Shown here one piece after another: positions 12,601 to 25,800 of a DNA stretch of 64,000 nucleotides. The stretch's first letter is position 1. The number at the start of each line of letters is the position of its first letter. Source of the DNA: Malacoraja senta (taxonomy: Eukaryota); assembly GCA_038087875.1 (NCBI GenBank), contig CM075981.1, forward strand, positions 57,660,001 to 57,724,000, read 5' to 3'. The notes below the pieces were generated by a model that was given only the letters and a program-made list of their open reading frames with translations, was not told the DNA's origin and made no database searches. The position numbers and the translations under genes are program-made.

Positions 12601-14382
12601 AGTTCAACTATAGACAGTTGGAGCATTCATTTCAGGTAGTTGTGCTATAACATGTGTTTTCATTAACATGAATTGGATATCATTTGAGTGATGAATTAGG
12701 GGACACTATTTGCAATACACGGGCCAAATTGGTTACAATGCAATTTCAATCAGGATCTAGAGAACCACTGAAAAGTTAATTTGGAAATTGACAAGCAGAC
12801 AAAAAAGCTGTCTTAGACTTAAACAGGGGGGAAAAATTCCATGTGACCTTCCCGCAATAATGAGAAACCATTGTCTTTTAAGAATACAGCTGCTTCTTTA
12901 ACAGTGAGTGGACATTGAAATTGATAAGCGCTAACTTTTATTAACGCTTATGCAACAATAGCATGTTAAACAATGTAACAAAGAGCCTTTTGTAATTTTA
13001 GCTTGTTTAACAAAAATAAACATTTGAAAACACCTTGATATCCTGCATGAAACACTTTTCTATTGCAAGTCTAAAATTCTAGCCCCTAATCTCCTACGCA
13101 CCATTGACACAATTGATTTTATAATGTGCTTTCTATATCACAAGGTTTCTAGGATCACAACTATGGTGTTATAGCAGAACTAACTGTATTGAACTAGCAG
13201 TATCCAGAAAACTACAACATGCCATGAATGAAGATGAGGTATTGTTCCTCGAGCTTGTGCTAGGCCTCGCTCTACAAAGTACGGTGCATTGCATGGTTGC
13301 CAGTCATTGTACTGGATATATTGCAGGGCAAAATAATGCTGTGAGTAATGTGAATACGGCGGAATAATACACTCCACAACGTAATTAAATAACAGGAACT
13401 ACAATTAAAATGTTTACTCCGCTGTAGTGCTGTGAAACCTTTGGTCGATTCGAAATAAATTAGTCGCAGAAAATCTCCATTGTTAAACCATTGATTTATT
13501 TGTAAAGACAAAGTTTCAATTTAGCGATTTTACTTCTATCTGATGGTAAGTCTTAACAAAAATTTAAATGGCAGAAGCTGTAATAGAAAATGGGCAACTG
13601 ATTTTCAGTTCCAAGAGAAAATTTGATCTTAGATCAATTTCAAGTAACTCTTATTTAGAAAAGCATTGAAGGTGTGCCTTTTATGAATCAATTAGACTAT
13701 CTGCAGTAATTTTTAGTGGATATATAAGTTCAAGTTTATCATAAACCTGAAAGGGTGAAAGCGGATGAGAAGTCATATCTGTTTAATGAAAATAAGAATG
13801 TGTAAGAATCAGAATTTACAGTAAACAAATGGAATAAAATTTGGTACTTCAAATTATTTAACTCCAAGTTCATTTTAAGACTGACTGAACCTAAATCTTC
13901 CAGTGATGTCAGGATATTTGTGTGTTAATCTTTAACAGAGAAGATGTTTAAATTGTGTGTATTTGTGTGAATATAAATTAGTTTTTGTATTCTTTTACTA
14001 GTAAATTTAACAGGGTTTCCACTGCACCTTTGGGGAAATTAACAGTGGTTTTCAAAACACAAAGATATTTGTGAAATTGGTGGAGGAAACTACCTTTCTC
14101 ACTAATATTGGTCAAGGAATTGTTATGGGACATAACAGAGTGATGGGGGGGGGGGGGGAGATTGGTTTCTTAATGGAATGTTTGGGACACATTTATATTC
14201 CTTGGCTTTTGACACTGCTTGAGACTTTGCTCCTGTTACAGTGCTTTTAATGTTTTTAATTTTATTGTTTTTACTCTTTCGTTTAATGTTTTTATTGTTA
14301 TGTAATCATTTCTTGTCCATGATTAATCATGTACAGCACTTTGTTGCAACTGTGGTTGTTTTTAAAGTGCTCTATAAATAAA

Positions 14383-14426
<44 letters not shown>

Positions 14427-14547
14427 CATGTGTTTGGTAAGCGCAATAAGCTAGAAGGATTGGGGTTTCAATCAGGTGCATATTTTAAAGTTGGGAGTTG
14501 GTGAGTGTATGTAGTGAGGGTATGTAGGGATCATGACTGAGCTTGGG
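9636..14547. repeat. Tandem duplication, unit ~2333 bp (copy 1 ~9636-11971, copy 2 ~11970-14547)
   Basis: ggttgaaacctatg at 9671 and 12004; both copies end gggatcatgactgagcttggg; identical ORFs 10846/13180 and 10938/13272; roughly 15 substitutions plus small indels counted by eye. Confidence 0.97.
14190..14425 (+). mobile_element. 5'-truncated L2 LINE 3' end with a pure (TAT)n tail, present only in duplication copy 2
   Basis: Encodes HLYSLAFDTA* (L2 ORF2 C-terminus), then 3' UTR, aataaag and (TAT)n. The empty site tttgggaca|tcatgtg is visible in copy 1 at ~11849. Confidence 0.88.
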
Positions 14548-16588
14548 AGCTTGAGGGAGATGGTAATTTTTAATTTGAAGCCAACTACTTGTAATCCATG
14601 GGCTTCAGCTACAATCAGAGTATACTTCACGAATCGAACACCATGAGCGATGTGTTAATATCATAACAATCGCACAATTATCAGTCATATCTGTTTTGGT
14701 TGCACTAGGGACTTAGGGTTGTTGAGTTTTTCACTAATATTGGGTCTTTTTATTTATTGAACATACTTTTTGTTTGTTTATTATGTTACCAATGGATAGT
14801 GTGTTTACAGACCTGTTATGCTGCTGCAAGAAATAATTTCATTGTTCTTTTTAGGTACATACGACAATTGTCATATGACTCTTGGCTCTTGACATGGAAG
14901 GGGAGAATTAGTTAACTTAGAAACACTTCCATTTAAGAATCCTTCTGTTCATCTAGCAATTCCAAAAGGAGACGTACTTGTCATGGAGTACCCTCTATTT
15001 GATCTGTTGTAAGAGGTTTCCACCTGACCCCACCCCGCCCCCTTCCCCATTCCCCCAAAATGCATGAACAAATGGCTGGAGAATAAAAAAGATCCAAGTC
15101 CAGTTCTAAATTTGTGGCACAAGAGGTTGGAGATGCTGGGGTCATGCATGGAAGAGTTGGGCCGAAGAGCCTGCTTCCATCTTGTATGACTCTATAACAT
15201 TTAGTTGCAGAATTTAGCTTAGCTAGGAAGTGGAAACAGAGAGGCTTAGCTCACTAATCAGACATCATGAATGATGTGCTGATACCATAATAATAGCATA
15301 ATTATCAGCCATATTAGGTGGAAGGGGAGAATTATGAACTTTAGCAACATTTCCATTTAAGAATCTTTGTTCATCTCACTTTTGTTATGTAGTACTATCT
15401 CTTTGGTCCATTGTAATAGCTTGCCCCCAAAGAAATGCATGAACAAATTGCAGGAGAATAAAAAGGATATAAGAAGATCCAAGTGCAAGATCCAAATTTG
15501 AAATTTGAGATACAAGAGATTGCAGATGTTGGAGTGTGATGAAAAAAAAACTGCTGGAGGGACTTCAGTGGGTCAGGCAGCATATGCGAAGGGAAATGGA
15601 CATTCACATTTCATGTCAAGACCCTTCTAAATTTACTGCCTTCATTGGTTTTATGAAAACATCAAAAGGTGGATGAAATCAGATAGATAGATAGATAGGG
15701 AATAGATAGGGTGAATGCACAGACTCTTACCCAGGGAAGGGGAATTAAGAACCAGAGGAGAGAGGCAAATTAAGGTGAGAGGAGGCAGATTTAATAGGAA
15801 CCTGAGGGGCAACATTTTCACTCAGGGTCCTGCCAGAGGAGGTAGTTGAAGCTTAAAACCCTCATTTAAGTGGTGGGAAATGTAGTTTCACTCTTTATGA
15901 AAACATCCCAATTAAAGTGGTGGAAAATGTAATTCAGTAACTTTCTGTTATTGTGTAATTGATACAGCAGTTGTAAACTTCCTTTATTTATGTTGTGCAA
16001 GAAATACTGGAATATTTTTCTCAAAACAAGGTGTGCCACTAATTGTAATGTTATCAGACTGCCTTAATTGTTTGTTTTCAAAATGTGTATGTATTCATTT
16101 GAGTTCAGGTGCAGCAAACAACAATCTCATAATTGCAGTCTTGGTTGGGACAAAGCACAGCTTAGCAAATGTTGGTGATTTGATCCCATGGAACTTCACC
16201 CCAACTCCCATGCCTTACCAAGTACACGCTAAACTTTGAACACTCAAAACATCTATCAGGTATGCATTTTTTGGTTATTATATGAAAATTGGTGATGTTT
16301 ATTTTCAACAGAGCATACACAAACAAGATGATTTGTACGTCTTTTTGTTTCATGAAATCTCTGGGATTCCTTTTTTCCATTATTACACAAGTTTGAACCA
16401 GGGTACAAATGTCATGTAAGACAAGAATTTGAATTTAAATGTGTAGCACAGTAATGTAAATCATTAGCCCATTTTGATTTAATGGTGAAAGTATTTATAA
16501 TCTTGTTCAAATTCTGTGTTCTCATTGCTGTATGTATGTCTTTCTAGCTTTAGCGTGTTCTTTCGCTCTCCTATTCCTCTGGTACAAA

Positions 16589-16846
16589 ATGAATGTCCTA
16601 AATATTCCATTTCACTTGCTGAAGCTGCCAGTAAGGAGTGTCAATTCATCTTGCTTGTCAAATTGCAATCGTGGAGCTTTTGGGATACTGAAGACACAAG
16701 TAAAACCATTCTTCTCAAATAGTAAGAATTGTAGCCCAAAAAACTTCACAGACTATGAATCAATGAAGCAGGAATACAAACTGGAAGTGCCAGAATACTT
16801 CAATTTTGCAAGTGATGTCCTTGATAAGTGGAGTGAAATGGAAAAG
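16589..16846 (+). CDS. ACSM3: ACSM3 coding exon 1 (presequence-like N-terminus)
   Basis: aaaATG...[35 protein letters not shown]|gtatag. Confidence 0.9.
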
Positions 16847-19800
16847 GTATAGTTCATTATTAGGTGCAAAATACATTGATGTTTGATCTAAAAATTGAAT
16901 ATTCTATGGATTAATCGGTTTAAATTTGATTAAATTATTGTTACTTTTTATACGCATTCAAAGATTTGATGTTTGGTTAAAACATATGTGAGAACGAACA
17001 GAAAAGACAAAGTAAATTTTCCTGATACACAACAAATTACAAAAAGCACAAATTAATTTAAATTCAGTAAAAGATTATAGGCATTAGATACAAGACACTC
17101 TGCTACATTGAATTTGAAATACAATATCCAGAATTATTGCAGTATCAATAACTGGAAAGTCTTTAACGGATATTTTTGATAAATTAAATTCATTCAGTTA
17201 TGAAGTTTTTCGTGGGTAAGAATTGTGATTTTATCTTGTGCATTCATATTTCTACTGATAGGCTGGAGGAAGAGGCTCAAACCCTGCATTGTGGTGGCTG
17301 AGTCGAAGAGGGCAAGAAGTGAAATGGAGCTTCCAGGACCTTGGAGACCACTCCAGGAAGGTGGCTAACGTCTTGTCTGATGCATGTAATCTGCAAGTAT
17401 CTGATCGAGTTATTGTTATCCTGCCCGTCATTCCAGAATGGTGGCTTCTGAATGTGGCATGCATGAGAACAGGTAAATACATTAAACTGAACAGTGCAAT
17501 GAGACAATTGTTACATTTTTTTGTCAATTTTGCTACTTAAAAATATAGTCTGAGCATTCGTCTGAGCATTTTATAATTATCAGTACATCCCTACTTCTGA
17601 TCTTATAATTAAAAGAAGGTCATTGATGAAGCAGCTGAAGGCATCTAATTTGTGAACAAAAATAAAGTGGCAGTAAAAATTGCCACTTGAAGTGAGTATC
17701 CCCAGATCTGGGAGCAGTGCAAAAAAAAAATTTCCATAACCTCACAAAATATGTAGTCTATTCCTCTGACCCTTAGGGCTTTAACTCCCAAGTGTAACAA
17801 TCACACGTTTACAGTAGCAGCAGTCACGCAACCCACAGTTCAATCTATATATGAGATAGAGAGAGTATCGCACAGACAGTAGAGGTCCATGATTAGGAAG
17901 TTTAATTATGGCGCAAAAATTGGCCATGTGGTTGATATTAAGGATGAAAGTTGTAGACAGCAGGAAAACAGCAATGGGCTGATTTAGAAGGCATAAAATG
18001 GCAAATGTTGAGGGTGGGATGGAGTGAGGGGAGATAGAAATAAAGACACAAAGTGCCGGAGTAACTCACAGGTCAGGCAGTATCACTGGTGAACATGGAT
18101 AAGTGACATTTCGGAATGGGCTCTTCTTCAGAGGGGTAGAGGTTAGGTTCAGACGGTGAAGAGGAAGAGTTTATCCCACCTCCAGTATGTTCTGACGACC
18201 AAACGTATCTTCATCCTTTCTCCTTTCAGCATTGCAAAGAATTGTGACATTATCGTCCCCTCTTCCATTATCTCTAACATTGTATTCCCTTTGCATGGAA
18301 CTTTTCCCATGGAAGCATAGATAAAAATCCCTCCTCTTTTTACTTCTTTCTTTCCAACTATCTAACGATTATTTACAGCTTTCCAGGTCCAATACAAATC
18401 AACAATAATTCATAACCCCCTGTTCCTATTTTATATTTAGGCATAAAAAAGGGTATTCATTTTGCTGTTGATTAAATTAGTCCAGCCTTGATAGCGGTAG
18501 AGTAATACATTGTCACAGACATTCCCTTTTATTCGTTTCCAAATCTGCATATGCTTGAAACCTGTCATGTTTATAGGTTTTTCAAGTTCTGATAAAATAT
18601 AGACTTGAAACATTAAGTCTTCCTTTCTCCAGCAATATTACTAAGTATTTCCAGCATTTTCTGTCAGTATTTCAGTTTTCTGACATCTGTAATATTTTGT
18701 CTCATGATTACACAATTATAAATCTGTTTCCATTAATAATTTCAAATGTGAATGACCAATTTAGGTCCAATTAGTTGTAGTTATTATCTACAACTATTTA
18801 GGCAACAGAAACAAGACACAAAGTGCTCAGTAGATGAGGCAGCATTCCTAGAGAACATGGATAGGTGACGTTTCGGGTTGGAACCCTTTTTCAGACTGAT
18901 CCACTGGTTACTCCAGCACTTTGTGTCTTTTTTTGTAAACCAGCATTTGCAGTTCCTTGCTTCTATATTTAGATAGCAATCTTCTTATTTGTTCTTCTTC
19001 TAGGTGCTGTAGTGATCCCTGGAACAAGCCAGCTAACAGCCACAGACATTTTACACAGGCTACAGGCCTCAAAGGCAAAGTGTATCATTACAAATGACAT
19101 GCTGGCAGACTCAGTAGAGTCAGTGATAGCCAAGTGCCCTTCTATCAAAGCAAAGGTGATCCTATCAAATAAATACAGAAAAGGATGGATGAATTTTCAT
19201 GAACTTTACCGGTTAGTACTTGTATGGATCCATGAGTAATGCTGCATGACTTTAGAAGAAATGCATTTCAAATATATGTACAAATATAAATGTGTTAAGA
19301 AAGTTAGGTCAATTAGTTTGGAACAGAGAATAGAAAACATTCCACTAGTTACACAATATTTGGTTATTGGTCAAGTTGTTCTAATGAATCAGAACAATGG
19401 CGCAGCAAGTAGAGCTGCTGTCTCACAGCGCCAGAGACCAGAGTTCGATCCTGACTTCGGGTACTGTCTGCGTGGAGTTTGCAGGTTTCGAGGTTAAATG
19501 GCTTTGGCAAATTGCCCCAGTGTGTTGGGATTTGATGAGAAAGTGGGATAACATACAACTAGTATGAACGGGTAATCGATGGCCGGCGTAGACTCGGTGG
19601 GCCAAAGGGCCTGTTTGCATGCTGAACCTCTAATATGCATCAATCTCTCTTGTGGAGAAAACCAATTGTGGTAAGGATAATATGGACCAATAATTTGCTT
19701 TATTTCGCAATACAAATATTTAGGAAGCTAAAAAATATATTTAAAAAGAAATGAAGAGAGGCGGCATGGGTGACTTTTTATCGGCCTAGAAATGCTGGGA

Positions 19801-22800
19801 ACAGGGAAGGGCAGAAACCCTTTCGACTATCTGAGGATTATTTAGAGCTTTCCAGGTGCACCTCTTGTCAACAATTCCCATTTTATTTTAATTCTCCAAT
19901 CAGAGCTGGCCTGGTATTTGCAAGAAAGAACTGGGATTAGAAGGTTGCAGCTGAGACCAAAGAGAAGGGATTGTCAGGATGAAGCTGGAGAGATTGCAGA
20001 TGGTGGGAATATATCCTGAATATATCCTATACATATATTTACATATATATATACAGTGCCCTCCATAATGTTTGCGACAAAGACCCATCATTTATTTATT
20101 TGCTTCTATATTCCACAATTTGAGATTTGTAATAGAAAAAATCACATGTGGTTAAAGTGCACATTGTGAGATTTTATTAAGGGTATTTTTATACATTTTG
20201 GTTTCACCATGTAGAAATTACAGCTACCCCCCATTACTGGAATGATGTTGCAAAAAATTGGTAAACATAACTATTACAAAATAATCATATCTAGATTTTT
20301 AATGCAAGCCATCCATGTACATTATGTCAGCAAAACCTTTCAGAGCCGTGAAGTACAAAGATTGAGAGGGATATGGGTCGAATACAGACAAATGCAATGA
20401 AAATAGGCGGGCATCTTGGTTTGCATGGCATGGCTAAAACCTGTTTTTGTGCTGTATGACTATGATTCTATAATTGTGAGAGTCTAACACTATCTATTCC
20501 CAGTGTTTGTAGTGGCTGTACCAATTTTCACAACATAGTCACGTGAGTCTGCAGTAGTTTGTCATGGGTACACAATTAAGAATTAGAAGTTGAAATAAAC
20601 CATTCAATCCCTCAAGCCTGCAAGGTGTAATCATCACAGCTCTTTTCACCGGAAATCCATTGAATATGGCTGGCCTACTGAGCATGTATCACCAAGTTGA
20701 TAGTTTTCTGAAGATTGTATTGGGTATTTTTAAAGATGTGATCGATAGATTCTTGATTAGTAAAAGTGTGAAAGGTTACAGGGACAAGGCAGGAGAATTG
20801 AGAGGGACAAATTTATCAGAAATGATTGAAAGGCAGAGCAGACTCAATGGGCCGAATGGCTTAATTCTGCTCCTCTATCTTATCATCTAATGAACAAATG
20901 GCTGCTAGAACCCGAGTGTCAGAACCTCATTTATGTTATATTTATTGACCTAACTTTCAAAAGCAAATTACTTCCATGCTCCTATTAAACCAGAAATAGT
21001 CATATTCATGGCAAGTTGATAGCTAATTTGCCAATATAAAAATTTAGTCCTGCACACCATGCCCTCAACATAATTCAATCAATACGTTTTACCATGGTGG
21101 AATCATACAAAACTTGCTACTCTTCACACTTATTTAAGCCAGCCTAATTGTCTCCCAGCATTCATGATTTCAGTTTCACCAAAAGTGCTTAAAGCCTCTT
21201 TAAAAATTGTGAATATTTGTTTGTGGTTGTGTTTGTGTTCTGTCTCTATTCAAGGATCAAATGACTCTCAGCAAAATGGACATCAAGTACTTATCAAGCT
21301 GACAAATTCGATAAAATATTTTTAATATTAAAACCATTTTTGACTTTTCTTACTATATATATATAATTATAGCTAGAGAATCATCTGGCACCGTTTCTCT
21401 TCCCATTCTGCATTATTACATTTGGAATTCCCAAAAGAACTATACGCAGCTCTTTTCTTTTTCTATTTATATGATATTCCTCTGTGTCATTATTTGAAGG
21501 CACAGTATTTGGTTGCCCTTACACTCTGGTGACACTCAATTCTTTCTTTTTTGACAGGTCTCTGGATGACTCCAATATTTCACATTTGTCACATTATTAT
21601 CCATCACCTAACAATCAAAAAGCAGAAATTTTCTATAAATAAAACAAAGACTTAAACTATTCTCGTTAGTTCCTGACCAAATCTTGACCATCATTCCCAA
21701 TTCAAAACATTGTTTGAACTTGAGCTAGATCATTTTCAACCATGGTTATGATACAACTATATTTTTGTCCACATACAGTATCTGCTCATCAACTACAGCT
21801 ATCTATTCCCAACTCCATAATGTCGTTCAGCTCCACTCTTGCTTCAGATTGTCTGCTGCTGTAACCCTCATCCTTGTGTTTGTTGCCACTGGATTTAGCA
21901 ATTCCAGTGTGCTTGTTTCATCTACTACATAAAATAATCTCCATCAATAATTTTTCTGCACATATTTGGATGCTCAACTAATCTTATACCTATTCTCCTC
22001 TGATTCTGGCTTCTTGAGCATTTATGGTTTTACTCACTGTACCATTTCAGCTTCAGTGTGATTCTGGCAACCTCACCCCAAGGCACCCCGCCTCTACTAA
22101 TCTTAGATGCTTCTTCTAGCATCCTTGAACAGATCGTCCAAGACCAGTCCTGCTAGGACTTTGTATGGCCAAGTATCAATTTATGTTTGACTATACATTG
22201 TTTCAATGCATTAAGAACATTTGATTACTTTAGAAGCACTTTATAAAGTAAGCTGTATTTTTTAGAAGCATTGACAGTATCTCATTGTACAATTTTTGTT
22301 TGAAAAAAAAAGTTGCAAGTTTGATGAGTCTTAATTCTATCTCTTAAGAAATGCATCATCTGATCACAAATGTGCAAAGACCAAGAGTTTGCATCCATTG
22401 GCCATTTTCTTTACCAGCGGAACCACAGGAGCTCCAAAAATGACTCTTCACACCCATTGCAGCTATGGAATAGGCCTGACAGTGAATGGAAGGTCAGGAA
22501 AACATTTTATGCACCATTCATATTGAGTATATATATTAATTAAACAATTAGTATCAGAAAGCTAAGAGTTACTCTAATAGAAAAAAAACTAATAATTATT
22601 AAAATTTAAACCTAAATTATTAATTGTAGGTGTTTTCTTGCAGCAAATAATGGCTGTTCAAAAGTTTTCATACAATAATATTTATTGTACCCCAAATAAT
22701 ATGCTACCACTCACTAAAACATCACTCACATCATGGCGAGAAACCTTTTATAGGCATGCACAAAAAATCGACATGAGAAAATGCCTAACTGTAACTTTAC

Positions 22801-25800
22801 AACATGTGTTAAATCCTGGTTAAATCCTGAGTTCCAAAAAGTACAGTGTTAGGTTATTCATTGAATGAGAGAGAAACTGATTCCTTATATTCCCATTCAC
22901 TGAGTGGTAAATAGGGGAGTGAAGATTTGCTTTACTTAGCAATGTTCTACACCCTTCGGACAGTTCAAAATTAATCTAACATCATATTACCTTTGAACAA
23001 CAATCAGGCATCCCAGGCCCTCCAAGTTGATCTCCGAGCCCTCGCATGTGTAAACCAAAGCATGACATTTATTTGAGGAAAAAATGTTGAAATTAGGCAG
23101 CATTGATCATTGTAAATGATATGGCTGCTCTGCTTTGTTTTCTAACATTTGCTTCCACTGAACTCGTACAATTATTTCTGATTTCTCTTGCTTAGAACCA
23201 AGAAGAGCAGGAATGCATGTCTTGTTTCTACAGCATTCTCGAGGGATGTTCCTGGCAACTTTAGAGCCACCTATTATTTGAAATCATCTGTCTCTGAGCT
23301 ACCTGAGAACTTGTTTGCAAAGTACACACCCTAAATTATTTATAGTGTATGACAACTGCAATTTACTGATAATGACTTTTATTGAAAGATTCAAGGAAAT
23401 GACTGTTCATGTCTATTTAATTATGAAACCCACTACAGTAAAATCTGAGCCTATCCTTACCTGTCAGCCAACTATGCACATTTTGGCAAAGTTTGGGTGA
23501 TAAGAAAGGGAAATATTTGTTAATTTTAACATTAGTTTTAAAATCTTTTTTGCTCTCTCTTTTCACCCTTTCCCATCCATGCAGTGACCACAAAATCCCT
23601 AATATTAAAATTGCTACTGCTCAAGAATTGAATCTGAAATCTTCCTGTCCTTTATAGTTTAACACTGCCTTTTGGGTTCCACACTTCATATATTTTATTT
23701 GAAATGAATTTGATGTTGCCTAAACAAAAGGAAATGAATAGCATCATAAGCTGGTGTCCAAAATATTTTCAGTTTCAATCAAATGCACAGTAGGTTAATT
23801 ATAATAATACCCTCAACCAGGTACTGGTTGGATCTCACTCCTTCAGATGTGATGTGGAACACTTCAGATACTGGCTGGGCTAAGTCTGCATGGAGCAGCA
23901 TCTTTTCACCATGGATTCAAGGTGCTTGTGTTTTTATCCAAAACTTCCGTCGGTTTGATCCCCAACATGTATTGGAAGTAAGTAGCTACTATTTTTGTTT
24001 TTGATAATCCTACCCAGTTCCTCTGACTTTGGGAAAAGTTTGTGATAGAATACTTATATGTTAAAGTAATCCTCATTAGAGTTGTGGATCATTGCAAGAG
24101 TTTATCTGTTTGTCAATCCACAACTGTCAGTTTTCCATTCACTTCCAAAGGATGTGTTCTTTGGTGCACTCTGTATGCAGTGTACATATTTGGCTGCATT
24201 CGTATTTTTTGTTCAAAGTTACGATATTGTAATAAATTTCAGCCACGTCTCAAAATTTGGGATGAGAAGTAATTTATTACTTCTCATCCCAAAAACACCA
24301 CATCACCTTTGCTGCTTTAAGTTTTATTCTTGTTTTAAACATCATCCATTTTCCACTGAAAAGGATCATAATGCTCCATAAGCTGTAGTTTGTCCAAAGC
24401 GGAATAAATGAGAAAGATTAAATATTTATTTATTTATTGTTCTCATCTGTGGACATTTTCTCACTATTTTAGAAATTTCCTGTTTTCACTTTTATCCATT
24501 CTGTTGTGCTTATCACTCCTGATAATTGTGCAGCTATTTTTCCATAAACTTCAATGAGGCAGGAGCCTTTATTGGAGTCCCATGATGTTCATTTAATCCT
24601 CATGTGATGCAAATAACATCATTGAGTAGATTAAAAAATAGTTCTCTTTCTATGCATAATTTACACATAAAAGTGATGTAACCCAGGTAGATCATGCTAA
24701 CAATGATTTTCAGGTTAAATTGGACCTTTAGGGAAATGAACCAGACCCTTACTCAATACATTTTACATGCCCACATTTAAACTAATGCCATCACTATTTG
24801 TGCCAATGCCCATTCCTGCTCTTACTGTCATAAATTGGAACCCGCAGATGCAACCTCCATTGAACAGTCAAAATAAATGAGGAGCACTTTATGCAGAAAT
24901 TCTTATGGGATGTGAATTAAATGAGCTCCAGTCTCATCAATGTAATGTTCAAAGCATCCGCTCAACTCGTATTGTGGTAGTTATCACCACATAGTTTGTC
25001 AAATGAAATGGTAGGAAGATGTCTTTTAAGTCTGATGGGCATTCTATACAAAGCAAAGATATGGTAAAGTGATAGCTTTTGCAACTGTCAAAATTATGCA
25101 TTGTATTTATTTTACTGTGAAGACCGTCAATTTTGAGTACTTAGTGAACAGAGATATCCTAATGGGGAAGGTACTCCCACAAACTATGGAGAAAGCAATT
25201 TCAACAGATTTATAATAACCCAATACCAATGATGAAGGAACAGCCATTTACTTTACAAGTCAAGATGCTACGCAACTCGGAAGGAACCAAGGGGAAGTGG
25301 TGTTCCCCTTCACCTGTTTCTATTGTCCTTCTTGTCACCTCCCAATACCCAAGTCACAAGTTTGGGAGATGTTATTAGAGTATTCTATACCAGTAGCTGT
25401 ATTATATTCTGCAAATATTTTATACTGCCGGCAAGGTGCCTGTGGTGGAGAATATGTTTAGAATAATGGGTGTAATGCCCTGCATAATAACACTATAACA
25501 TTGTCAATAATGCAACCGTAGAAGATGCAACACCTGTCGCTATACCTCCTCCCTCGACTCTGTCCAGGGACCCCGATAGTCCTTTCAGGTTAGGTAGAGG
25601 TTCACTTGCACCTCCTCCAACCTCATCTACTGTTTCCGTTGTTCAAGATATGGACTCTTATACATCGGCGAGACCAAACGCAGACTGGGCGATCATTTCA
25701 CGGGACACCTATGCTCAGCCCGCCTGAATCTACCTGATCGCCCGGTTGCTGGACACTTTAATTCTCCTTCCCATTCCTACACAGACCTTTGTCCTCGGTC

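Noticed and set aside
10846-13511. Identical ORF pairs 10846/13180 and 10938/13272 as duplicated small genes
   Set aside because: No recognisable protein or splice support; their identity just reflects the tandem duplication.
16532-16588. N-terminal hydrophobic extension of ACSM3 (MYVFLALACSF...) as a signal peptide
   Set aside because: That ATG lies in the polypyrimidine tract upstream of the acceptors at 16547/16553. ATG 16589 gives a presequence-like N-terminus.
25060-25460. Possible ancient LINE remnant
   Set aside because: Too degraded to assign a family or boundaries by eye.
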